This document shows positions 40,131-49,494 of a stretch of 64,000 nt of DNA, one piece after another. The DNA is taken from positions 6,152 through 70,151 of the IMG/VR virus record IMGVR_UViG_3300039239_000037; one strand, 5' to 3'. The notes beneath the pieces are model-generated. The model saw nothing but the letters and a program-made list of their open reading frames with translations. It was not told where the DNA came from and made no database searches. The stretch comes from a virus. The position numbers and the translations under genes are program-made. Every line of letters begins with the position of its first letter. Within the stretch, counting starts at the first letter, position 1.

Positions 40131-40224
40131 ACAGCCGGACAGTCACTCGGAGCCCACAAGGCCGGAAGTGGCTCGGAACGCCCGGCGGGCGTGGACATCG
40201 CACTAATCGAGAGGAGCGGCGAGC

Positions 40225-40626
40225 TTGAGGACTTGCTCTCTCGACTGGTGTGACCGGCGCCACTACGCGCACGGGTACTGCAAGCTCCACTACGACCGCG
40301 ACCGACGTGGCTATCCGCTCGACGCGCCGCACTGGGCGCAGCATTGCGGCGAGTGGGGACCTTGGTACCTGACGAACCGAGGCTACGTCTCGCGTTCGCT
40401 TACCCACAATGGCAAGCGGATGGCTCAACTCCAGCACCGTTTCGTCATGGAGCAGCACCTCGGCCGCCCCTTGCTTCGATCCGAAGAGGTCCACCACAAG
40501 AACGGCGTCCGCCACGACAATCGGCTCGAGAACCTTGAGCTGTGGTCGAAGTCACAGCCGGCCGGACAGCGCGTAGAGGACAAGCTCGCCTGGGCCCGCG
40601 AGATCATCGCGCTCTACGGGAACTGA
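40225..40626 (+). CDS. HNH endonuclease (HNH_3-like) with N-terminal Zn finger
   Basis: HRFVMEQHLGR...VHHKNGVRHDNRLENL; N-terminal C..C...H...C..HY. Confidence 0.85.
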   Translation: MRTCSLDWCDRRHYAHGYCKLHYDRDRRGYPLDAPHWAQHCGEWGPWYLTNRGYVSRSLTHNGKRMAQLQHRFVMEQHLGRPLLRSEEVHHKNGVRHDNRLENLELWSKSQPAGQRVEDKLAWAREIIALYGN

Positions 40627-40698
40627 TTCCCGCCGGGCTCCGGCCTACCCCGAACGACTCCCCCGCAGCGCCCCGCGCTGCCCGCAGAGAGGAGCACC

Positions 40699-40755
40699 AT
40701 GCTCGAGTTCAGACCTTTCCCGAAGATCGCCCGGCTCAAGAAGGCCGCCGCATGA
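40699..40755 (+). pseudogene. 18-codon remnant resembling the N-terminus of a phage RNA ligase
   Basis: Strong RBS GAGAGGAG then MLEFRPFPKIARLKKAAA*; stop overlaps the next start. Confidence 0.35.
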
Positions 40756-40934
40756 TCCTCTACCTCTTCGTCGCCCTCTGCTGGTCCATCGCGATCGGCG
40801 CGGTCGCCTGGGCCCAGAAGGACCGGACCGCCGCGATCCTCGCCCTGCTCGGCATCGTTTGGCCGCTCGTGATCCTCGCCGCCCTCTTGATCGGCGCGTT
40901 CCACGTCGCGCGACTGGCGGTGTTCGACCGATGA
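40752..40934 (+). CDS. Small membrane protein
   Basis: Two hydrophobic helices (MILYLFVALCWSIAIGAVAW...). Confidence 0.6.
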   Translation: MILYLFVALCWSIAIGAVAWAQKDRTAAILALLGIVWPLVILAALLIGAFHVARLAVFDR

Positions 40935-41815
40935 GCCTCCCCGTCATCCCGCAGCTCGACCCCCGCGACACCACGCCCACCGGCTACACCGGCACCACCC
41001 CGCCGGTCGTCGGCTCAGGCGAGCGCGGCTGGCACGAGATCGCGAGCCTCGCCGCCCTCGGCGCAGCATCCGTCGAGTCGACGCCGGCCGTCATCCCGAA
41101 TCCCGCGCCCGACGACAGCGCAGGCCGCGTCATCGGGACGTCGACGCCCGACGACCCCGCGAGCCGCATCCTGCAGGAGTTCGCTGCCTCGATCCCGCCC
41201 GAGAAGCCCCGAGCGCCGCGCAAGCGCACGACCAAGCCCGCCGCCGAACCGGCTGCGCCGGTACAGGAAGCCCCGACCCACCGCCGTGCGAAGACCGGCG
41301 CCGGCGCGCGCTTCAACGGGGACGCTCCGTGGCTCTACCACGCCGTCAACATCGGCGTCGCCGTCGTCGCCATGGCGATGATCGCTGTGTCGTGGCAGGG
41401 CCTCACCGCGGTCGGCGCGTGGCTGCTGCTCCCGCCGCTGCTGACATTCCTCGTGCCGATGTCGATCGACGTCGCCCTGATCGTCCTCACCCTCGCCCGC
41501 TTCCCCCGGAAGACCCGCGGCGAGTCGACGTGGATCCTCACCGTCTCCGCCGTCGGGCTGGCGTGCATCTCCGCGGCCGCGAACTTCTTCCACGTCTGGG
41601 AAGACACCCCCGACGCCGCACCCGCGCTGCAGAGATACACCGGAGCTTCGCTCGCCGCACTCATGCCGTTCCTCGCGCTGCTGATGACCGAGGTGCTCGG
41701 CATGCTCTCCACCAAACCGACCCGCCTCGAGCGCGCCCAGGCCCGCCTCGCCGCCCAGAAGGCCGAGGCCGCCCTCAAGAAGCCCGCGCCGCGCAAGAAG
41801 CGGCCTGCGCGATGA
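40931..41815 (+). CDS. DUF2637-like multi-pass membrane protein
   Basis: ISWQGL...VPMSIDVALI...AANFFH...ASLAALMP TM pattern. Confidence 0.6.
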   Translation: MSLPVIPQLDPRDTTPTGYTGTTPPVVGSGERGWHEIASLAALGAASVESTPAVIPNPAPDDSAGRVIGTSTPDDPASRILQEFAASIPPEKPRAPRKRTTKPAAEPAAPVQEAPTHRRAKTGAGARFNGDAPWLYHAVNIGVAVVAMAMIAVSWQGLTAVGAWLLLPPLLTFLVPMSIDVALIVLTLARFPRKTRGESTWILTVSAVGLACISAAANFFHVWEDTPDAAPALQRYTGASLAALMPFLALLMTEVLGMLSTKPTRLERAQARLAAQKAEAALKKPAPRKKRPAR

Positions 41816-42772
41816 GCCGGGCGAGCAACTTCACCCAGCGACGCGTCGGCGCGTTCGACATGGGCGGCCCGAACACGAACCTCGCACCGCGGAGAAGGCC
41901 GCCCGTGACGCAGGAAGAGATCGACTTCGTGCTCACGAAAGCGAGAGCGGTCCCCGACATCACCAGCAGAAGCCTCCGCCGACTCGTCCTCCGCAACTTC
42001 GGCGTCAGTCGCGCGGAGCAGACCCTCGAAAAGTGGGTGGCCGAGGACCGTGCCGGCAACACTCCGGTCGCCATGCCACCCGCAACCAAGCCGACATCGC
42101 GGCGCACGCTCGCCGAGATCCGAGCCCGCGGATGCTCCGTCGACGGCTGCCCGAACCCGCACGGCTCAAAGGGCCTCTGCAAGACCCACTACGTCCGCCA
42201 ATGGAAGGCCGAACAGGCCACCGCCACACCGAAGGAGACCACCCCGTGAGTATCAGAATCACCGTTGACGGCATCACCGAGACCGTCAACGAGGCCCAGC
42301 CGATCGAGGTCCTGACCCTCCTTCGCGACAGCACGCTCGATCGTATCAAGCGCAAGACCGCCGAGAAGGAGCGCTACGAGAACGCCGCGATCGCCGCCGG
42401 GTCCGACGTCGAGGCGCTGGCGGACACCCTGCACCGCTACAACGCGACCCTCCTGGCGATCGAAGCGACCAGCGCGCCGGCCCCCGTGGCGACCTTCGAG
42501 GAGCAGGCCCCCGGAATCGAGGCGGCCGCAGCATGACCGCTCTCGAACGCGGCTCCCTCGTCGAGCTGACCGGCAACGGCTGGAACGCCTTCGGCGTCGT
42601 CGGCCTCCAGGCCGGCACCCGCCACAAGATCACCGACTTCTGGTACGACGACACCCCCGTCATCCAGGACACCAGCGGCGAGGAGTGGGCCGTACATCTC
42701 CACTCCCCCGAAGAACCCGCCCCCTTCTGGGGCGCCACGCTCGTCCCCGCCCCCACCGAGACCACCGACTGA
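41812..42772 (+). CDS. Three small genes (41812-42249 with C-terminal Zn finger, 42246-42536, 42533-42772)
   Basis: CSVDGC...GLCKTHY motif in the first; operon packing. Confidence 0.55.
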
Positions 42773-42783
42773 AAGGACCCACC

Positions 42784-43215
42784 ATGAACACCACGAAGAG
42801 AAGGACCATCCGCGGCATCGCCGCGGCCGCCGCCGTCGTCGCCGGCCTGACCATCGGGCTCACCGCCTGCACGACGGACGCCGACACCGCCTCCCGCAAC
42901 ATCTCCACCGCCGCCGAGCAGTTCGAGATCGAGCGCCGCATCACCGTCACCACCGGCTTCGGCGCCGAGGTGGCCCTGCAGGTCGAAGGCCGCTGCTCGC
43001 TGGAGTCCGCCGACTCCTTCCTCGCCGGCGCCCTCGAGGTGACCTGCAAGATCGGCCCCGACCAGTACACCAAGCACTTCGTCGTGAAGGGCGACAACGA
43101 CATCGTCACCGTGCAGCAGCTCGGCACCATCGACGTCAGCGTCTACCACCACCGCGTGCTCATCAAGCCTGAGAACCTCCTCCCCGAGTTCGACTACGAG
43201 GGGGGCGAGCAGTGA
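42784..43215 (+). CDS. Lipoprotein
   Basis: Basic N-terminus, hydrophobic stretch and lipobox LTAC. Confidence 0.7.
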   Translation: MNTTKRRTIRGIAAAAAVVAGLTIGLTACTTDADTASRNISTAAEQFEIERRITVTTGFGAEVALQVEGRCSLESADSFLAGALEVTCKIGPDQYTKHFVVKGDNDIVTVQQLGTIDVSVYHHRVLIKPENLLPEFDYEGGEQ

Positions 43216-43823
43216 CCTCTAAGCGCCAAATCTGGGCCGATCTCCAGCGGGCCCAGGCCGAAATCAACGCCCTCACCCACGCCATCCTCCGCCACGTCGA
43301 CGAGGCCGAGGGTCTCGGCCACGAAGCGCCGTCGCCGATTTCGTGGCCCTGGCAATCGCTCGCCGACCGCGCCCTGGCGAGCCTCGAACTGCTTCGCCTC
43401 GCCAACGTCAACGCACTCCAGGCCGACAACGCCGAATTGCGTGCAAAGCTGGCCACCGCGGAGGATGCGGCCGCGGAGGAGCGCGTGGTGATCGGCGTGG
43501 ACTACGCGACGCCCGCGCGCAGTGAGGCGGAAATCCGCCGCGACACGCTCGAGAAGGTCATCGAGGCGCTCGAGCTGAATGAGTACCGGGACGGCACGTT
43601 CACAATCTTCGGCAACCTGTTCACGAACGGGCCCGAGCGCGGATCCGACCGCTTCTGGGCTGACATCACCACCGCGCTCCGCGTGCGCGCCGAGGATGCC
43701 GAGGCCGAAGCCGACGAGGCCGCCGAAGCGCGCATCGCCGCGATCACCCGCCCGGAGCGCACCACCGACGAGGTCTACTCGGCCGGCGAGACGATCATCG
43801 ACTCGAGCGGACGCGATCAGTGA
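43212..43823 (+). CDS. Hypothetical coiled-coil protein
   Basis: 203 aa with 4-bp overlaps; contains an operator-like motif at 43436. Confidence 0.55.
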   Translation: MTSKRQIWADLQRAQAEINALTHAILRHVDEAEGLGHEAPSPISWPWQSLADRALASLELLRLANVNALQADNAELRAKLATAEDAAAEERVVIGVDYATPARSEAEIRRDTLEKVIEALELNEYRDGTFTIFGNLFTNGPERGSDRFWADITTALRVRAEDAEAEADEAAEARIAAITRPERTTDEVYSAGETIIDSSGRDQ

Positions 43824-44371
43824 TCGTCACGCCCGGCTCGGTCGTCCTCGTCGACATGGACGGCGTGCTCGCTGACTGGTACGGCAGCATGTTCGACTGG
43901 CTCGAAGAGGGAGGCGTCGACCCCGAGGGCCTGGACGAGACCCGCTGGGATCTCGGCGCCACCGAGATGCAGCGCAAGGCCATCCGTGCGATCCAGGCCA
44001 CCCCCGGCTTCTACGCCGGGCTCAACCCGATCGGCGGGGCCGTGGAGGGCATGTACCTCCTCCGCGACCTCGGCGCGACGGTGAAGCTCTGCTCCACCCC
44101 GGATGCCACGAACCCCACGTGCGCTTCCGACAAGGTCGACTGGGTCGCCAACCACCTCGGTACCGCGTGGGTGAAAGACCTCATCCTCACCCATGACAAG
44201 ACCCTCGTGCGCGGCGCGATCCTCATCGACGACAAGCCGGAGATCACCGGCGCCGTCGTCCCTGAGTGGGAGCACGTCCTCTTCGATCAGCCCTACAACC
44301 GACACATCACCGGCAAGCGCATCCTCGCTGGATGGGGCGCGCTCGACACCCTCAAGGAGAAGGCCGCATGA
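43820..44371 (+). CDS. 5'(3')-deoxyribonucleotidase (HAD, NT5C-like)
   Basis: VDMDGVLAD, DKVDW, LIDDKP and FDQPYN motifs. Confidence 0.85.
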   Translation: MIVTPGSVVLVDMDGVLADWYGSMFDWLEEGGVDPEGLDETRWDLGATEMQRKAIRAIQATPGFYAGLNPIGGAVEGMYLLRDLGATVKLCSTPDATNPTCASDKVDWVANHLGTAWVKDLILTHDKTLVRGAILIDDKPEITGAVVPEWEHVLFDQPYNRHITGKRILAGWGALDTLKEKAA

Positions 44372-44736
44372 CCCGCATACTCAGCGAGATCCAGGTCGGA
44401 GACCGGATCCGCCTCGCGCCCGGACGGAACAGGCGCGCGTGGTGGACCGTGACCGCCCGAGATCACGATCACATCGTGGCCGTACGTCAGGCGGCCTTCC
44501 AGTCCAAGGGAACCGTCGAGTACACCATCCTGGCGACCATCGACTACCGGTACAACGCCGCTGGACCCGGACTCATCCGCACCACCGTGAACACCATCGA
44601 CGGAGGCTGGGACCTGGGAGGGCGAGTCAAGGAGGGATCCGAGGAGATCATCGCGGCCCTGGCGAGCGGGGACTGGGAGCTCTCACTCCGCCGCCTCCTC
44701 GGCGTCGCCGTCGTGGAGCGCGAGGCCAAGGCATGA
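44368..44736 (+). CDS. Hypothetical protein
   Basis: 122 aa, operon packing. Confidence 0.55.
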   Translation: MTRILSEIQVGDRIRLAPGRNRRAWWTVTARDHDHIVAVRQAAFQSKGTVEYTILATIDYRYNAAGPGLIRTTVNTIDGGWDLGGRVKEGSEEIIAALASGDWELSLRRLLGVAVVEREAKA

Positions 44737-45320
44737 CCGTCATCGGACTCGGCGGCAAGCTCCGCGCAGGAAAAGACGAAATCGCCGATCATCTCGTCAG
44801 GCACCACGGCTACGTCAAGATCGGCATGAGCGACGCCCTCCATGAGGCGATGCTCGCACTCGACCCCTTCGTCGAGGTGATCCGGGAGCACGAACCCGAA
44901 CGCTACTCGGAGATCGTGCGCCAGCTCGGCTACATCGAGGCCAAGAAGATCCCCGAGGTCCGCCGCCTCCTGCAGGCGCTCGGAACCGAGGTCGGCCGGA
45001 AGATGATCGGCGAGGACACCTGGACGAACATCGTCCGCCGACGCATCGACGAGCTCGAGGAGAAGGGCATCCCGGTCGTCCTGACCGGCCTGCGGTTCCC
45101 GAACGAGCTGCAGCTCATCACGGGCAAGTACAGCCCGACCGCCTGGCTTCTCTGGGTCGAGCGGCCCGGAGCGGAAGCACCGTCGACCGCGACAGCGGCG
45201 CACTCGAGTGAGAACAGCGTCGGCGCGGACGATTTTACGTTCGTCCTCCACAACGACGGCACGCTCGAGGAGCTCTACGCCAAGGTCGACGAGCTCGCAC
45301 GATTGGCGGCGAGCCTGTGA
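44733..45320 (+). CDS. Deoxynucleoside monophosphate kinase
   Basis: IGLGGKLRAGKD P-loop, RRLLQALGTEVGR, LRFPNE and HSSE. Confidence 0.85.
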   Translation: MTVIGLGGKLRAGKDEIADHLVRHHGYVKIGMSDALHEAMLALDPFVEVIREHEPERYSEIVRQLGYIEAKKIPEVRRLLQALGTEVGRKMIGEDTWTNIVRRRIDELEEKGIPVVLTGLRFPNELQLITGKYSPTAWLLWVERPGAEAPSTATAAHSSENSVGADDFTFVLHNDGTLEELYAKVDELARLAASL

Positions 45321-45445
45321 CCGCTTTCCGACCGGACGACGATGGCTCCCCGCTCGCCGGATGCCTCATCATTGCGCTCGCAGTCGTGATGTCATTCCTT
45401 CCCATTTTGGGCTTCGCGGCGATCTACAAGGTGACGCTCTGGTGA
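45317..45445 (+). CDS. Small single-pass membrane peptide (42 aa, not in ORF track)
   Basis: MTAFRPDDDGSPLAGCLIIALAVVMSFLPILGFAAIYKVTLW*; GTGA overlaps at both ends. Confidence 0.55.
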   Translation: MTAFRPDDDGSPLAGCLIIALAVVMSFLPILGFAAIYKVTLW

Positions 45446-47116
45446 GCGTCTTCTACCCATCCATCGGCGACACCGTCGCGCTCACGGGCCCCGGCTGGGC
45501 GCAGCTCTCCCACCCCGGGGAGCCGTCGATGAACATGATCGGCGTCGAGGCCACCGTCACCGACCTCCCCGCGGGCATCGGCACCGAGCTGGTCGCCTTC
45601 GAGGTCGACGGCGAGCCGTTCATCGCCCCCACCCGCCCCGGCTCGACCTTCCAGGTCGAGCTACTCCCCACCACCGATCGAGAGGACACACCATGAGCAC
45701 CAAGATCCGCAAGGCCCGCAAGAAGAACCAGCGCGCGCTCCGCCAGGCGACCGAGCTGACCGGCAACCCGACGTACGCCGAGACCGCCCGCGGCCTGTAC
45801 TCGAAGAAGACGAAGGAGCCCACGCCGGTCATCCTCCGCGCGTTCGTCCAGGAGCCGGTCATCCGCACCAAGGGCGACCTGTTCCCGCAGGACTCCGTCA
45901 GCCGCGGCCCCCTCGCGCGCGTCTTCGGCGTCTCGAGCGCCCGCTCGGCGAACCGCATCGCGAGGTTCATCGCCAACCGCGGCACGAAGCGCGGCAACCT
46001 CCCCAAGGAGGTCCAGCAGTGAGCCGCCCCACCCTTCCCGCGACCATCGCGATCCGCGTCCGCGAGGGCGTGCCGAACGAGCTGGCAGCCTTCGACCTCC
46101 GCTACGAGCCGTCTCTCACGCAGGCCGCAACCTCGGACGCCGCCGACGGCGCGAAGTTCACCCACGAAGTCGTCAGATCCGACATCCTGCGGGGGCTGGC
46201 CATCGCCTACCGGGTCCTCGCGCGGCAGGAGTGTGCGGGCAAGGGTGACCCCGAGACGGTCGAGTACCTGGCCTACCTCGACGACTGGGTGGAGTCCCAC
46301 GCCGCCCCCGACGAGGACTCGCCCGAGGCGGTGCGCACGTGAGCCGCCACATCACCGTCGACCGTACGGTCGCCCTCTCCGAGGGCACCACCGCGGCCAC
46401 GATCGCACTGGAGCTCTCGAGCGCGGTCACCTCCCTCGAGAACAAGGTCATCGACCACGACCGCGTCGCGATCTGGGACACCCTCGAAGTCGCCACCTAC
46501 ACGGACAAGATCGAGCACACCAGCTTCGCATCTGAGCGCGAGCTCATCGAGCACCGCACCATCACCCTCTCCGTCCTCACCATCAGCCGCCAGGAGGCAT
46601 CCGCATGACCGACGACATCGACGCCCTCGAAGCCTCGCTCACGCAGCGCTCCATCGAGCTGAGCATCATGGTCGACGGCACGACGTACCGCGAGTTCGTG
46701 CCGATCAAGGACGGCTTCCCCACTCGCTACGTTGACGAGGATGAGGCCGTGATGATCCTGGCATCCCAGGTGGGAGGCATCGCCCTGCAGGTCATCGCGC
46801 AGCACTTCGCGCCCGGCCTGATCGAGTCCGTCTCCGCCGAGTTCACGAAGGAACTCGACGAGATCCGCGACGGCGGGGCCGGCGGCGAGGAGTGAGCCCG
46901 GTCACCAGCGACCACAGCCTCGTCGAGGCGCTGGGCGCGCCGCCCCGCCCCCACACCCCCGACGAGGTCGCCGCGGTACAGGATCTTCTGGATCAGGGCA
47001 CCGGGAAGCGTTGGTCGCTGAACGAGCGTGGTGAGATGGAATCCATGCTGTTCGACGACACCACGGTCGCCGTCGCCCCCGCCGCCGCTGCCTGGCATCC
47101 GAAGCACGAAGGGTAA
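45442..47116 (+). CDS. Six small hypothetical genes (45442-45696, 45693-46022, 46019-46342, 46339-46608, 46605-46895, 46892-47116)
   Basis: Chain of 4-bp start/stop overlaps. Confidence 0.55.
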
Positions 47117-47119
47117 CCC

Positions 47120-47857
47120 GTGAACATCGAGCCTCTTTGCTTCGACCTGGAATCCACCGGCCGTGATCCTCTGCCCGCGCGCATCGTGACCGCCTACCTC
47201 GGGGTTTTGCGTGCAAACGGCGAGATCGCGTACGGCATGGACTGGGTTGTCGACCCCGGGGTGGAGATCCCGGCCGAAGCGGCGTCGATCCACGGCTTCA
47301 CCAGCGAGCGCGCCCGCTCGGAGGCCACCAGCACTCCGGTCGAGATGATCGCCCAGCTCCACGCGATCATCGAGGCCGAGTGCATGGCCTCCGGGCGGCC
47401 GCTCGCCGGCTACAACCTGCAGTACGACCTCACGCTCCTCGAAGCCGAACGCCGTCGCACGGCGCCGTGGCTGAGATCGTTGACTTTTTGCACACAAACG
47501 GAACCGGCGGGCGTCGCCGTCCTCGATGGCTACGTCATCGACAAGGCGATCGACCCGTACCGGAAAGGTTCGCGCAAGCTCCAGTTCACCTCGGCGCACT
47601 ACGGCGTCCAGCTCACGGACGAGGAGGCGCACGGGGCTCAGGCGGACGCGGTGGCCGCAGGCCGCATCGTGCAGGCCCAATTCCGCAAGAAGCGCCTGCA
47701 GGGTATGAGCCCGCGCGACGTCCACATCGAGTCGATCGCCTGGAAGGCCGGGCAGTCCGCCTCCCTGCAGAAGTGGCTTCGCTCCAAGGGCGGCGAGCCG
47801 AACGCGGTCGTCAACCCCCACTGGCCCCGACAACAGAGAAGCGAGGAAGCAGCATGA
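47120..47857 (+). CDS. DnaQ-like DEDDh 3'-5' exonuclease
   Basis: FDLESTG, GYNLQYD and AHGAQADA motifs. Confidence 0.9.
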   Translation: MNIEPLCFDLESTGRDPLPARIVTAYLGVLRANGEIAYGMDWVVDPGVEIPAEAASIHGFTSERARSEATSTPVEMIAQLHAIIEAECMASGRPLAGYNLQYDLTLLEAERRRTAPWLRSLTFCTQTEPAGVAVLDGYVIDKAIDPYRKGSRKLQFTSAHYGVQLTDEEAHGAQADAVAAGRIVQAQFRKKRLQGMSPRDVHIESIAWKAGQSASLQKWLRSKGGEPNAVVNPHWPRQQRSEEAA

Positions 47858-49139
47858 TGCTGACAGCACCCCGGGAACGCACCACCGCTCGAGCACAGGC
47901 GCTCCTGCAGAAGTGGGGCATCGACCCGGCCGAGGTTTCCGTCGACAACCTCAACCACGAGGGTTACTGGCGGCTCGCGCGCAACACCGTCCACTCCTCC
48001 CTCCTCCCGAGTCGCCTCGCGAACAGCCGCTACGAGCGCATCTGGACGCGCTGGCCCGACGACTTCCCCGCCGACGAGTTCCTCAGCCTCATTCCCGCAA
48101 GCCACCGATGACCACCCACCATAAGGAGAACACCATGAACGAGAACACCGCCAACCAGGACCCCGACGAGACCGCGGCCACTCCCGCAGCCACTCCCGCG
48201 GCCCCGACCCCTGCGGTCGTCCCTACCGCTGACACCCGGATCGAGGCTGAGTCCCTCAGCGTCCTGGACGCCGAGCTCGAGGAGCTCATCGCCAAAGAGG
48301 CCACGGTCAATGCAGCCGTCGACATCCTCCTGAACGCGATCGAGCACGAACGCGGCGTCGAACGAAAAGACATCGCGGAGGTCACCCTCCACGCCAACGG
48401 CGCCGTGCGCCTGCTTACGCGCGGCCGGGTTCGCCGCAGCCTCCGGGTCGACCCCTTCGCGCCCGCCGAAGCCACCGGAGACAGCGAGTGAGCGTCGTCG
48501 CCTCTGGCAGCGGCGAGGTCACCCTGGCCTTCACCGACGGCGAAGAGGGCCAGGTTCACGTCGCTGCCCGCACGCAACGCGGTGCCCAGGACATCCTCGT
48601 GCGGGGCTGGTTCGATCGCGACGCGCTCGAGGACGCCCTGACCGGGTCCAGGAACAAGGACCGTGCGCTCATGATGGAGCCGGCCGCGTGACCGCCGCCG
48701 TGGAGACCCCGCTTCGCTTCCGCCTGGTCGTACAGAAGCGCGGGGCGACGTGGGGCCGCTCTGCCCTGACCGGAAAGCGCGAACTCGTCCGCGACCAGGA
48801 GCGTTACAAGGCGCTCCCCGACACCCCGCCGGGCTTCGTCGAGCGCGAAGGCACCTACGGGGAGATCTCCCACCTCGCCGAGCGCGCCAACAAGGGTCAG
48901 CTCGAGAACTGGGACGGTCACGGCGAACGCCTCGACTACCTGTTCTCTCCGGACCTCGTGCCGGAGGAGGCGGGCGAACCCGCATGACCGAGGCGTTCGC
49001 CGCAGGCGAGCGCGTGATGGTCGAGTCAGTCGTCCCGGTCGTGGTCCAGGAGGATCACGCCGGGGCGACTGTCCTCGTGCTCACACGCGCAGGCCGTCCG
49101 GTGCGGGTGGAGCGAGATCGACTACGTCGGTCGGAGTGA
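47854..49139 (+). CDS. Five small hypothetical genes (47854-48111, 48135-48491, 48488-48691, 48688-48987, 48984-49139)
   Basis: Packed ORFs with RBSs and overlaps. Confidence 0.5.
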
Positions 49140-49335
49140 CCACGCCGTCCCCCAACAGCTCGCCGATCGAAATCACGACGTCGAGCCCCAGCTCCTTCCG
49201 AAGAGCATGCTCGAGCAACGCTCGATCGAACTCCAGGCAGAAGCCCTTCCCCGAGATGAATACACTGCCGTCCCTCGAAGTGGCGTCGAGCTGGATTTCC
49301 CTGGCTCCGTCGACGTCACGCACACGCGTGGTCAT
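49081..49335 (-). CDS. Small hypothetical protein (84 aa) divergent from the DGQHR gene
   Basis: RBS AGGAAGGG then MTTRVRDVDGAREIQLDATSRDGSVFISGKGFCLEFDRALLEHALRKELGL... Confidence 0.5.
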   Translation of the reverse strand: MTTRVRDVDGAREIQLDATSRDGSVFISGKGFCLEFDRALLEHALRKELGLDVVISIGELLGDGVVTPTDVVDLAPPAPDGLRV

Positions 49336-49494
49336 AACCGCGCGACCCTTCCTGTTCATTTTCGGGTGAACGGGGGCCCGCCGGCGGTTTCGGGTCGCCG
49401 ACTTCCCCCCAATTTGCGACTTTAGACTATGCTTCCGACATAGCGAAACGTCTCCCGGACCGGCGGGAGCGACGCATTGTATGGAGAGGACACG

